Origin: Minisyncoccota bacterium
GTDB lineage: Bacteria; Patescibacteriota; Minisyncoccia; Phycocordibacterales; UBA5272
Reading direction: 5' to 3'
Assembly (NCBI GenBank): GCA_046350775.1
Contig: JAXLZS010000001.1
Coordinates: forward strand, 223,930 to 287,929
DNA length: 64,000 bases
Translations under genes and position numbers: made by a program
The notes under the pieces: generated by a model
The model's input: the letters and a program-made list of their open reading frames with translations, nothing else
Databases searched by the model: none
What the model was told of the DNA's origin: nothing
Part shown: positions 18,861-28,651 of the stretch, piece by piece
How the letters are laid out: each line of letters starts with the position of its first letter
How positions within the stretch are numbered: position 1 is the stretch's first letter

Positions 18861-20891
18861 TTAAGATTTCAGACTTTTTTCTTTTAAAATCTTTATCTCG
18901 TCCCTCAAAATGGCTGCCGTCTCAAAATCTAAAGCTTTGACCGCTTCATTCATTTGTTTTTCTTTTAGCTTAATTAATTTGTTTGGATTTTTCTCAAAAA
19001 GTTTTTTGTCTGTTGCCAATTCTAGAGCGACAGATTTTTCATGATCTTTCTTTAATTCTTCTGTGATATCATTAATATTCTTAGAAATTGTTTTTGGAGT
19101 GATGTTGTTTTTCTCATTATAATCAAGCTGAATTTTTCTTCTTCTTTCTGTCTCTCCTATTGCTCTCTTCATTGATCCTGTCATCTTGTCGGCATATAGT
19201 ATCACTCGCCCATCAACATTTCTAGCAGCACGACCAATAGTTTGAATAAGTGATGTCTCACTTCTCAAAAATCCTTCTTTATCCGCATCGAGTATGCCGA
19301 TAAGTGTGACCTCTGGCAAATCTAGACCTTCTCTCAAAAGATTTACTCCGACAAGACAATCTATATACCCTTTTCGAAGTCTTGTTAATATTTCAATTCT
19401 GGCTAAAGTCTCGACATCACTGTGAAGATATTCGGCTTTAATATTTTTTTCTTTCAAATATTCAGAAAGACTTTCTGCCATCTTTTTTGTCAGAGTTGTT
19501 GCCAAGACTCTTTTTCCTTTTTTGATTTCTTTGACTGCTTCGTCTATAAAATCATGGACCTGCCCTTTATATTTTCCATTTTCCATGACGGGTTTTATTT
19601 CGAGTTTTGGATCAATGAGACCAGTAGGACGAATAATCTGCTCCACTATCTTTTCAGAATTTTCTCTCTCATAGTCTGCTGGCGTAGCTGATACATATAT
19701 TACATCATTTATTCTCTTTTCAAATTCTTCATACTTTAGAGGTCTATTATCTTTTGCACTCGGAAGTCTAAATCCAAAATCTACAAGTGTCTGCTTTCTG
19801 GCTTGGTCACCATTATACATAGCCCGGAGCTGAGGAAGGGTCACATGCGATTCATCGATTACAGTCAAAAAATCTCGACCATTGATACCAAAATATTCGA
19901 GCAGTGTATCTGGTGCTTCGCCAGCTTTTTTATCAGAAAAATGTCTACTATAATTTTCTATGCCAGAGCAATAGCCAAACTCCTTGATACTTGCCAAGTC
20001 GTACTGTGTTCTTCTTTTTAATCTCTCTATTTCTAATATTTTTCCTTCTTTTTCTAATTCTTTTAATCTTATTTTCAATTCTGCTTGTATAGATTTTATA
20101 GCTTTCTCTTGAGCATATTTATCTGAAATGAAATGCTTTGCAGGATAAATAAAATAGTCGTGTACTGTTTTTATCTCTCGCATAGAGACTGGATCAGTCA
20201 AAATCAATTTATCTATATCTCCATTTTCTATTTCTATTTGTAGCATAATAGTCTCACTCATAGGCATTATGTCTATCCTATTTCCAATAGTACGAAATGT
20301 GCCAGAAGAAAGATCTGCGTTTGTCCTCTCATAATGTATCTCTACAAAGCTTTTCATCAGATCGACTTTTGAGATTTTTTGACCGACATAAAGTCTTTTG
20401 TTTACTTTTTCGTATTCTATTGGAGAACCAAGACCATAGATACAAGATACTGATGCTACGATTATCACATCATCACGAGTCAATAGTGATTGTGTAGAAG
20501 CGTGGCGAAGTCTATCTATCTCCTCATTAATCTGCGCATCTTTTTCTATATATGTATCGGTAGTTGGAATATAGGCTTCCGGCTGATAGTAGTCATAATA
20601 AGATACAAAATAGTGCACAGCATTTTCTGGGAAAAAAGTTTTGAATTCTTGAGCGAGTTGAGCAGCCAGAGTCTTATTGTGCGCTATTACCAATGTTGGC
20701 TTTTGAATCTTTTCTATGACATTTGCGATAGTAAAAGTTTTTCCTGTACCAGTCGCTCCAAGCAGAGTCAATTTCTTATCACTTTTCTTTTTATTTTCTA
20801 GATTTTTAGACAATTCTAAAATAGCCTTTGGCTGATCACCTGCCGGCTTCATCTTGGAAACTATTTTAAATTTATTAGAATTTTTAATCAT
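18861..20891 (-). CDS. uvrB: Excinuclease ABC subunit B
   Basis: PAGDQP, GATGTGKT, HNKTLAAQL, YFVSYYDYYQPEAY, DESH, IGRAARN, C-terminal UVR domain. Confidence 0.98.
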   Translation of the reverse strand: MIKNSNKFKIVSKMKPAGDQPKAILELSKNLENKKKSDKKLTLLGATGTGKTFTIANVIEKIQKPTLVIAHNKTLAAQLAQEFKTFFPENAVHYFVSYYDYYQPEAYIPTTDTYIEKDAQINEEIDRLRHASTQSLLTRDDVIIVASVSCIYGLGSPIEYEKVNKRLYVGQKISKVDLMKSFVEIHYERTNADLSSGTFRTIGNRIDIMPMSETIMLQIEIENGDIDKLILTDPVSMREIKTVHDYFIYPAKHFISDKYAQEKAIKSIQAELKIRLKELEKEGKILEIERLKRRTQYDLASIKEFGYCSGIENYSRHFSDKKAGEAPDTLLEYFGINGRDFLTVIDESHVTLPQLRAMYNGDQARKQTLVDFGFRLPSAKDNRPLKYEEFEKRINDVIYVSATPADYERENSEKIVEQIIRPTGLIDPKLEIKPVMENGKYKGQVHDFIDEAVKEIKKGKRVLATTLTKKMAESLSEYLKEKNIKAEYLHSDVETLARIEILTRLRKGYIDCLVGVNLLREGLDLPEVTLIGILDADKEGFLRSETSLIQTIGRAARNVDGRVILYADKMTGSMKRAIGETERRRKIQLDYNEKNNITPKTISKNINDITEELKKDHEKSVALELATDKKLFEKNPNKLIKLKEKQMNEAVKALDFETAAILRDEIKILKEKSLKS

Positions 20892-20960
20892 AATTAAATA
20901 ATATCAAAAAAAGACAAATAAAAAAAGGAGCTGAGCTCCTTTGGGAAATAGTTTTTCAAT

Positions 20961-21440
20961 TTAACCTCTTGATAATTGCATAAATTGTTCAAGTGTATCG
21001 ATGGTAAAATTAAAATCCAAATTACTTTCCTCATCTTTTCTTATTTGCCTTTTGAGTCTGGCAATTGAAAAATAAGGATCAGCAGTCAAAATACTATAAA
21101 GTATTACAGCTTCTACATCGTAAGATTTAAAAGCTTCAAATCCTGTTATGTATCCATTTGGCAAATTGTCAGAAAGACTTAAAAAGTCTACAGAGTTATC
21201 TTTTATGTTTGGAATAATTGATAATTTATTTAAAATCAATCTTCTCCCCTCCTTAAAAGGAGTAAAACCTGGATAATCCAAATACTCCAGTAGAGCATTA
21301 TAGATCAAAAGATTTTTAGATCTGACTAATAATCCGGTAGAACCAGGCTGTCCTTTGAATTTACCAATAAAGGCTGAATCGTCGAAACAAAAACTCATCT
21401 CACTGACAATAGTTTTTTCAGAATCTTTTAATAAGAACAT
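20961..21440 (-). CDS. Orphan hypothetical protein
   Basis: 159 aa with its own terminator (AAAGGAGC-TGA-GCTCCTTT ~20925-20943). Confidence 0.6.
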   Translation of the reverse strand: MFLLKDSEKTIVSEMSFCFDDSAFIGKFKGQPGSTGLLVRSKNLLIYNALLEYLDYPGFTPFKEGRRLILNKLSIIPNIKDNSVDFLSLSDNLPNGYITGFEAFKSYDVEAVILYSILTADPYFSIARLKRQIRKDEESNLDFNFTIDTLEQFMQLSRG

Positions 21441-21521
21441 GGGTTAAAATTTAATTTTTTAAAATTTTTTATCAAAACAATAATACCACTAAATTGTAAA
21501 AAAGTAAATAGAAAGAAAAAA

Positions 21522-22550
21522 TTAATCTTTCTTATATTTAATACTATCCTTTTCACTTCTAATTTTTATTTCTTTTATCAATTCCACTTTTCTGATCACT
21601 TTATCACCTTCTACTTCTTTAGTAAATTTAAAATTTAAAGCTAGTCCATTTTTCACATCTTCATTAAACCATTGATCAAAAATATAATTACCAAGTGAAT
21701 AATAAATATATTTCTCTTTATATATTTCACTATTTTCTATCACATGTGGATGCATACCAACCACAAGATCTGCGCCAGCATCAATCCACTCTTTCGCATA
21801 TCTTTTTTGTGTAAGATTAGCAGTTAAAGAATACTCAATCCCCCAATGTGGCACCACTACTATGAAATCTACTTTTTCATTTTGCTTTAACAATTTTATT
21901 TCGTCATCTATCATTTTAGGATCATTATTTGATGTAAATTGATTGTATCCTATATAGGCAATACAAATTTCTTTTTCACATACAATATTTGATAATTTAT
22001 TATTTATATTTTGATTGTAAGGATTACCAAAATATTTTATATTTCCAACCCCCAAAAATCTCATTGTATCTTGAAAGCCTTGATTATCAAAATTGTCTGT
22101 ATGATTATTAGCTAGAGAGACGACTTTTATATTTAAAAGTTTTAATATTTCTGGAGTAGATGTAGAAAAAGTGAAAGTCAAAAGCCCTGTATATTTACCA
22201 TGGATATCATAAGTCTTAGTATTATTGTCTGTTATTGGACCTTCTAAATTTCCTACAACATAATCATAGTTTTTATTTTGTTCTCTCAAATTTCCTAAAA
22301 AATTGTCTACAAAATTCTCAGGACTTTTATTTTCGATTATTTTCTTTCTGATATTTCTGTCGAGCATTATATCTCCGACTAATAATAAATTTAACTCTTT
22401 CTTGTCTTCAGTTTTTTTTATCGAATCTAAATCTATATTATTATTTACATATTCACCCCTGCCTATATTTTTATTTAAAAAATAACCAGCTACCAATAAA
22501 AATAATATTACTAAAATTATCTTAACTAAGTGTATTTTACTTTTTAGCAT
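21522..22550 (-). CDS. CapA/PGA_cap family metallophosphoesterase
   Basis: GDIMLDR, GNLEGP, LANNHTDN, HWG.EY, GMHPHV, YYSLGNYIFDQ. Confidence 0.92.
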   Translation of the reverse strand: MLKSKIHLVKIILVILFLLVAGYFLNKNIGRGEYVNNNIDLDSIKKTEDKKELNLLLVGDIMLDRNIRKKIIENKSPENFVDNFLGNLREQNKNYDYVVGNLEGPITDNNTKTYDIHGKYTGLLTFTFSTSTPEILKLLNIKVVSLANNHTDNFDNQGFQDTMRFLGVGNIKYFGNPYNQNINNKLSNIVCEKEICIAYIGYNQFTSNNDPKMIDDEIKLLKQNEKVDFIVVVPHWGIEYSLTANLTQKRYAKEWIDAGADLVVGMHPHVIENSEIYKEKYIYYSLGNYIFDQWFNEDVKNGLALNFKFTKEVEGDKVIRKVELIKEIKIRSEKDSIKYKKD

Positions 22551-23136
22551 TCTTTCTAAATATCAAAAACATTAGAAATCCAAAAATAGCACCCAAGGTA
22601 TCCATAAGCATATCCTTTTGCGCGTCCCAGATATCGCCTTGTGATCCGAGAACTTCTATGCCAGCCGAAGGATTTACAGAGACAGCGTACCACCATTCAA
22701 ATAGCTCATAAGTCATGGCTAGTGCCATAATAAAAAATATCGCATAAGTAAAAGCTATCCATCTGTTATTTACCATTTTATATTTCAATAGTATTTCAAT
22801 AATAGCAAAAGAATAAAGTCCCACAGAAGCATGAGCTACTCTATCATACATATTTCTACTCGAATGGATCATATTGTTAAACCAATCAAATGGCACATTT
22901 GCAAATGTATAATGAGCTCCTATGATATGCATTACCGGAAATATCAAACACAAAACATAAGCTAAATTTGAAAGTCTAACTTTTAAAATATATAAAATTA
23001 TAAATAAGACGACAGATATAGCTGAGGTCACTGCTTCCACTTTCCAGACTGATACATCGACTGGATTTATACTACTCCAAACAAAAAATACAATATAAAT
23101 TAATAATAAAATAATAGGAAATAAATGTTTTTTCAT
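22537..23136 (-). CDS. DUF2238 (YjdF-like) membrane protein
   Basis: IGAHYTFANVP, RNMYDRVAH, YELFEW, LGSQGDIWDAQKDM. Confidence 0.9.
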   Translation of the reverse strand: MKKHLFPIILLLIYIVFFVWSSINPVDVSVWKVEAVTSAISVVLFIILYILKVRLSNLAYVLCLIFPVMHIIGAHYTFANVPFDWFNNMIHSSRNMYDRVAHASVGLYSFAIIEILLKYKMVNNRWIAFTYAIFFIMALAMTYELFEWWYAVSVNPSAGIEVLGSQGDIWDAQKDMLMDTLGAIFGFLMFLIFRKNAKK

Positions 23137-23166
23137 AGATTTATGTATAAATTATATCACGATAAA

Positions 23167-24615
23167 TTATTTATTGAATTTTTCTAACACTTCTTTTTTA
23201 AACTCAAAAAATCTATCTTCTAAAATACTCTTTCTTATATCTTTGGTCAGACTAACAATAAAATGTAAATTGTGAATAGAAGCTATCGTAGCAGCGATCA
23301 TTTCTTTACTTCTAAAAAGATGCGCAAGATATGATTTTGTATATTGATGAGCGTAGCAATCTGGATCATCACAAACAGAAGAAAAATCTTCTTTATATTT
23401 ACTATTAAAAATGTTTATTCTGCCTTCTTTGGTGTAAATAGATCCATTTCTAGCAAGACGAGTCGGAGAGACACAATCAAAAGTATCTATACCGTATTCT
23501 ACGCCCAAAAATAGATCTTCTATTTCACCGATACCTAAAAGATGTCTTGGTTTATCTTCTGGAAGATTTTCTGTAGAAATTTTCACAGTTTTTGCCATGT
23601 CTTCTTTTGTGAAGCTTCCCCCAATACCAAATCCATCAAAATATTTTTTCTCACCATTTATATCTACATTCATTTCACCTAATGTTTTAGCAGAATATTT
23701 TCTTAAATCATCAAACGCTCCACCTTGTACCACAGCATAAAGAGCTTGAATCTCTCCAGTCGCACCACTCTTTCCTAGTTCATGGTGATGAGTGAGAGAT
23801 CTTTTTGCCCAGCGATGAGTACGCTCGAGTGACTCTTTTTGATATTCTAAATTAGCGAGTGGAGAAGTACATTCGTCAAAAGCAAAAAATATATCACCTC
23901 CAAGATCATGCTGAATCTCCATACTTTTTTCTGGAGTAAAAAAATGCTTTGACCCATCTATCACACTACGAAACTCAACTCCATTTTCAGAAATTTTTAC
24001 TAAAGATTTTTGTGACAGTTCTTTTTTAATACGATATTTTTTAAAAAATAAATTATCTATAATCAAAAAAGTTGTAGACATGATAACCAGATTTAAAAGT
24101 AAATTCATATCTTCCCCAAAAATCCTAGCAAGAAATCCTACAAAAAGACAAATTGCAATCTCTATTATTAAAAATTTTTTCCTTAAAATAAATTCTTTAA
24201 ATTTTAAAAATTTATTTTCTTCAAGGTTTTTATCTAGATTTTCATTTGTAAGATCTTCTCTTTTAGCAATCTTTGATACGCCGACTCCCATTGCCGCACC
24301 AAGAGAAAATACCTGAAACCCTCCGCTATCAGTAAATGTTGGACCATCATAATTCATCATCTTGGCAAATCCTCCATGCTTTTTAACTATTTCATTTCCA
24401 GGCTGGAGATAGAGATGATAAGTATTTGCAAGTACCGCATCACTTTTTACATAATTTTCAAAATCTTCTGGTAAAATACTTTTGACTGTAGCCTTTGTAC
24501 CAACTGGTATAAAAGCTGGCGTCTCAATATCGCCATGAGGAGTGCGAATCACACCCGCTCTCGCAAGTTGTGCTTCATTACTTTTTTTAAGAATTTCAAA
24601 TCCAAAGTTTTTCAT
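23167..24615 (-). CDS. tgt: tRNA-guanine transglycosylase with hydrophobic insertion
   Basis: TPAFIPVGT, NTYHL, TDSGGFQVFSL, FDEC, VQGG, PRHLLGIG, DTFDCVSPTR.ARNG, HNL. Confidence 0.95.
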   Translation of the reverse strand: MKNFGFEILKKSNEAQLARAGVIRTPHGDIETPAFIPVGTKATVKSILPEDFENYVKSDAVLANTYHLYLQPGNEIVKKHGGFAKMMNYDGPTFTDSGGFQVFSLGAAMGVGVSKIAKREDLTNENLDKNLEENKFLKFKEFILRKKFLIIEIAICLFVGFLARIFGEDMNLLLNLVIMSTTFLIIDNLFFKKYRIKKELSQKSLVKISENGVEFRSVIDGSKHFFTPEKSMEIQHDLGGDIFFAFDECTSPLANLEYQKESLERTHRWAKRSLTHHHELGKSGATGEIQALYAVVQGGAFDDLRKYSAKTLGEMNVDINGEKKYFDGFGIGGSFTKEDMAKTVKISTENLPEDKPRHLLGIGEIEDLFLGVEYGIDTFDCVSPTRLARNGSIYTKEGRINIFNSKYKEDFSSVCDDPDCYAHQYTKSYLAHLFRSKEMIAATIASIHNLHFIVSLTKDIRKSILEDRFFEFKKEVLEKFNK

Positions 24616-24638
24616 AATTCAAATAATATAACATAGCT

Positions 24639-24671
24639 TGACATATATTATCAATTTGATAATATATGTCA
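24639..24671. promoter_or_regulatory. Perfect 16-bp inverted repeat spanning divergent promoters
   Basis: TGACATATATTATCAA-T-TTGATAATATATGTCA overlaps TTGACA (-35) and TAATAT (-10) of the plus-strand orphan and the likely tgt -35 on the minus strand. Confidence 0.6.
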
Positions 24672-24709
24672 GGTTTTAAACAAAATTGTTTCATCTTAAA
24701 AATAAAAAA

Positions 24710-25066
24710 ATGGACAAGTTCGTATATGTAGCTTTTACTGAAAATAAAGATTTAAAATCAAAATTTGAAAATTTTTTTCTTAATCTATTCAAATTTAGTT
24801 ACGACAGAAAAACTTTCTATATTGGAGCAAAACCAAAATCAGCTGTTGCAATTAATATCGAAGAAAGAGGAGAAAATATATCAATTGTATTCCGAAACTG
24901 GAATTATAATGAAGAACGTTTGCCTTCAAGCATCTATCTTTCATCAAAAGAGCAAATTAATCTTTCAGAAAATTTCATTGGAAAATTTACTTTAAGAAAA
25001 AAGGAATATTATTTTTATCTCTTTAACCCTTTCAATTCTGAGGGTTTTTATCAAAAATTGATTTGA
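24710..25066 (+). CDS. Orphan hypothetical protein
   Basis: ORF track starts at TTG 24686; ATG 24710 after an A-rich leader is more plausible. Terminator TCCACCACT...AGTGGTGGA plus T run at ~25083-25118. Confidence 0.6.
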   Translation: MDKFVYVAFTENKDLKSKFENFFLNLFKFSYDRKTFYIGAKPKSAVAINIEERGENISIVFRNWNYNEERLPSSIYLSSKEQINLSENFIGKFTLRKKEYYFYLFNPFNSEGFYQKLI

Positions 25067-25120
25067 AATTTAAAAATAAATCTCCACCACTAAAAAGTTA
25101 AAAAGTGGTGGACTTTTTAT

Positions 25121-26131
25121 TTACCAACCACAAATTTCCTCACATTTAGCAATAATATTTCTCGGAGAAAGATCATCTTCGAGTCCAAGCCTCTCTACTC
25201 TTACAATATTATCCTTTTTAATTTCAGCGACTGATTCAGCGACGAGAGACCCTAGACCGCCAACTTTAGAATGCTCTTCAATAGTCAGAATATTTCTATT
25301 ATTATTTGCAAAATTTGCTATAAAAGATTTTATTTTTTGATTGATATATTCACTATTTGAAGAAATTAATGACATATTTAAGACTGTCACATTATAATTT
25401 TTTTCTTCCAAATCTTTAGCCGCCACAAGAGCATTGTAAAGTATAGGACCAGAAGCTATTATGCCAACTCGAAAAGCAGAATCTAAGTTAGAAGATATGT
25501 GAACTATTTCAGGCATACCCGTGTATTCACGCAAAGTATCATTTTGATTATTGATAAAATAATTATCACTATATATTTTTGGAGAAAAATCATTTACTAG
25601 CCTGAAATAAGAAAATTGTTTTTGATTATTTTTAAAAAATTTCTTTTCTGATACTCTGATCAAATATTCTGCCTCATTGGCATCAGCTGGGACAAATATA
25701 TTTACTTGACCAAGATTCCTCATAAGAGAGACGTCATGATATTTGTCTTTAGAGTCTTTTTGGATCATATTCAAAACAGATAAATTTATGTCTTTATTTT
25801 TATTGTCAGAAAATCTTGATACAACTTTAAGCAGTCCTCTATAAATCTTTATAAGATTGTCGGCAAGACTAGTATTTAAATTTTGCAAAACTCTGTCAGC
25901 ACCACTATTTATCAAAAATACATTTTTAGACTCTTCAGCTGATACTATAGCTGATATCTCTATCGAATTGTCGACAGGAAAAATATGTTTTGATTTTTCT
26001 CTTGTAATATTCAAATTGTCGACTTCAAAAATTTTGTTGTCGTCTTTATTTAAATTCAATAATGATAAAAGTGTATTTTCTACTTGACTAGCCTTCTCCT
26101 CCTCTTTTTTAAATAAATTTTCTGATAACAT
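25121..26131 (-). CDS. Transketolase C-terminal subunit, degenerate
   Basis: DVSLMR, VPADANEA, YFRL, IIASGP...ALVAAKDL and TIEEHS.VGGLGS.VAE are retained; the GIAEQ and GEDGxTHQ motifs are lost. Confidence 0.75.
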   Translation of the reverse strand: MLSENLFKKEEEKASQVENTLLSLLNLNKDDNKIFEVDNLNITREKSKHIFPVDNSIEISAIVSAEESKNVFLINSGADRVLQNLNTSLADNLIKIYRGLLKVVSRFSDNKNKDINLSVLNMIQKDSKDKYHDVSLMRNLGQVNIFVPADANEAEYLIRVSEKKFFKNNQKQFSYFRLVNDFSPKIYSDNYFINNQNDTLREYTGMPEIVHISSNLDSAFRVGIIASGPILYNALVAAKDLEEKNYNVTVLNMSLISSNSEYINQKIKSFIANFANNNRNILTIEEHSKVGGLGSLVAESVAEIKKDNIVRVERLGLEDDLSPRNIIAKCEEICGW

Positions 26132-26135
26132 ATTT

Positions 26136-26798
26136 TTAATTTACATTTGCTAAAATAATCGTAGGCTTTTTTAATTTTTTTGCATAAGCTATCGCATCAC
26201 ATACCGATGACACATTATCAGCGTTGATCACCAAAGTATCAAAACCAAAACCAATTAATCTCGCATTGAGTCTACTCTCCTTATTCAATTCTTCTTCTGT
26301 AGCTTTTGTATAAAGAATTGTAATAATATTATGTAATTTATTTTTTATAATATATTCTAAAGATGAAATTTTTGAAAAAATATCATCTTCACTCGCTACT
26401 ACAAAATAATATCTTTCATGTTTATCTTCCAGATCTCTAGCTACAATATGATGGCCTATAGCATCTGCAAAAGAATTTTCCACTTTATCGAAAGAGTTTT
26501 CGGAAAGATAATTCTGTAGATTTTCAAATTCAGTATATCCCACATGTGTCTTTGTGACATTTTTTACAATATTAGAAAAGACGTTTGTCGCAAACACTCT
26601 GTCCCTATTTTTCCAAGTCTTATTTTCTGGATGATGATTTATAGATTTAAAATATAGAGATGTAAAAATCGCAGATAAACTTGTAAGATTTTTTAAAAAT
26701 GAAGTACCTTGTGAAGAAAAATTGCTCTCTAGAGTAATATTTATATCCTCTTTAACTCTATTGAGAGCGTCCAATTCATCATTTGTTAAAGTTTTCAT
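26136..26798 (-). CDS. Transketolase N-terminal subunit, degenerate
   Basis: P.N..W.NRDRVF, LHNI, FGFD.L.I and KPTIILAN are retained; no GDGE ThDP motif. Synteny with rpiB-rpe supports the call. Confidence 0.7.
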   Translation of the reverse strand: MKTLTNDELDALNRVKEDINITLESNFSSQGTSFLKNLTSLSAIFTSLYFKSINHHPENKTWKNRDRVFATNVFSNIVKNVTKTHVGYTEFENLQNYLSENSFDKVENSFADAIGHHIVARDLEDKHERYYFVVASEDDIFSKISSLEYIIKNKLHNIITILYTKATEEELNKESRLNARLIGFGFDTLVINADNVSSVCDAIAYAKKLKKPTIILANVN

Positions 26799-26840
26799 AA
26801 TATGAATATTATAACATAGTGAAAATCAAGATAAATATTT

Positions 26841-27575
26841 CTAGATTTCTGATAATTCTTTAAAACGATTTAAAAAAATAGACTCTTCTAGATCTTTAAG
26901 CAGATAAGAACCGACAATTATCCTATCAGCTCCGGCTTCTTTTACAGATTTTATATGATCAGGGATCATTGACCCGTCAACCTGAATAGATAATTCTTCT
27001 TTATCAAAATTTTCTCTTAAAGATTTTACAATTTTTATACATCTTTCGTCAAAATTTTGACCCTGCTCTCCAATATTTTCTATACCCATCACTTGTACAG
27101 ATAATTTTTCTTGATAACCTTTCATCTCTTTCAAAAAATCCATAAAATTATCTTTATTATTTATCATAGTATCTAGCTTGGCAGTATAAACTATATGTGT
27201 AGGAGAATTTTCTGATTCTAAAAGTAAATCTAAGAAATATTTTCTGTCGTGCTGGTTTTCAAAAAGAGAATCAAGATGAACTACGGCAGATTGAGCATTA
27301 GTTTTTTTAATTTCTTCAAAATGTCTTTTCTGATGAAGAGTCATAAGATGAAATTCTAAATCAAAATATTTTCTATATAAATTTAATGTTTCTCTTTCTT
27401 CCAAATTTTCAGGATTAAAAATCCAGGTTTTATTTTTTACAAATTCTCCATCACATATATCAATTTGAACAAGATCAAAATCTATACTATACTGATCTTT
27501 CATTTTGACTAAAAAATCTAATTTAGATTTTATTTCACTAAAATCTTTTTCTAAAACAGCTGGAATTATTTTCAT
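26841..27575 (-). CDS. rpe: Ribulose-phosphate 3-epimerase (divergent)
   Basis: IIPAVL, QIDICDGEFV, FHLM, VMG...G.QGQ.F, QVDGS, GAD.IIVGSY. Confidence 0.85.
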   Translation of the reverse strand: MKIIPAVLEKDFSEIKSKLDFLVKMKDQYSIDFDLVQIDICDGEFVKNKTWIFNPENLEERETLNLYRKYFDLEFHLMTLHQKRHFEEIKKTNAQSAVVHLDSLFENQHDRKYFLDLLLESENSPTHIVYTAKLDTMINNKDNFMDFLKEMKGYQEKLSVQVMGIENIGEQGQNFDERCIKIVKSLRENFDKEELSIQVDGSMIPDHIKSVKEAGADRIIVGSYLLKDLEESIFLNRFKELSEI

Positions 27576-27576
27576 A

Positions 27577-28185
27577 TTAGTTATCTTCTCTTCTTTTTTT
27601 CATATCTTCTAGTATTTTTAATTCATTTAATTCTTCTTCATTTATTTTGGTATTTATTTCTGTCTCTAAATTCTCTATCTCGTCTATTCTTCTCTCATGA
27701 CGAGTAAACTCACCGTTTTCTTTTTCTGAAAATCTGGTAGTTATAAAAGTCTTTGCCGCTTTTTTGGCAAAGTCTTCACTTACAAATCTAGCTCCGATTG
27801 ATAAAATATTTGCATTATTATGCTCACGAAGTAGCTTTACTATATCCAAATTTTCACTATTGACGACGCCAGCCCTGATACCTTTATATTTGTCAGCCAC
27901 CATAGCCTCACCCTCTCCAGATCCACCAAATACTATAGCCATATTATCTTTTGATCCTGAATATATATCTCCGGATAGAGCGCCGGCACATACTGATATA
28001 AATTTTGGATAATCGTCATTTGCATCATATTGGTAAGCTCCAAAATCTACAAACTCTATATTTGGCACTATTTGCCCATTCTTTTCTAAATCTTTTATGA
28101 TTTCATCTTTTTCTAATTCCAAAAAAAGACGAATTGCCTCTTTCATCTCAAAACCAGCATGATCTGTTGCTAAATAAATTTTCAT
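27577..28185 (-). CDS. rpiB: Ribose-5-phosphate isomerase B
   Basis: LATDHAGF, DDYP, GGSGEGE (Glu-type active site), REHNNANILSIGAR, RHERRI. Confidence 0.92.
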   Translation of the reverse strand: MKIYLATDHAGFEMKEAIRLFLELEKDEIIKDLEKNGQIVPNIEFVDFGAYQYDANDDYPKFISVCAGALSGDIYSGSKDNMAIVFGGSGEGEAMVADKYKGIRAGVVNSENLDIVKLLREHNNANILSIGARFVSEDFAKKAAKTFITTRFSEKENGEFTRHERRIDEIENLETEINTKINEEELNELKILEDMKKRREDN

Positions 28186-28270
28186 ATAGATTTATTATAC
28201 TACAAAAAATAAACAGCAAAAAAAGTTGAACATCGAAGTCCAACTTTAAAAAAAGTTTGTAGCCATAAGT

Positions 28271-28576
28271 TTAGTTAATATAAAAACTAACTTTTGGGTC
28301 TAAATATCTGTCTGTGAGACTAGCCAAGTTAAAAGACTGAAATGCTTCTTGGCTAAACGTAACTTCCACTTTGTCTTTATTTTTTCTTTTTTTAAACTCC
28401 TGCTTAGAGGAATCAAGAAAGAAAAAACCAGACAAATCGGACTTTAATACTTCTGGTACGTCTTGACCTTCTACCAATTTGCAGAGGAGTTGATATTTAA
28501 GACCAAACCAATTAAACTTTCTGACGATTAAGACATTTAAAATCGCCAAAATCTCGTAATTAGATACTGATTCCAT
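28271..28576 (-). CDS. Orphan hypothetical protein
   Basis: 101 aa. Own promoter (TTGATT...TATAAT ~28640-28612) and hairpin terminator (~28221-28247). Confidence 0.55.
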   Translation of the reverse strand: MESVSNYEILAILNVLIVRKFNWFGLKYQLLCKLVEGQDVPEVLKSDLSGFFFLDSSKQEFKKRKNKDKVEVTFSQEAFQSFNLASLTDRYLDPKVSFYIN

Positions 28577-28651
28577 AAAAAGAGTTTTTGTTAAGAATTA
28601 AAACTAAAATTATTATATCAGACCAATTAAATAAATCAAATAATGAAAATT

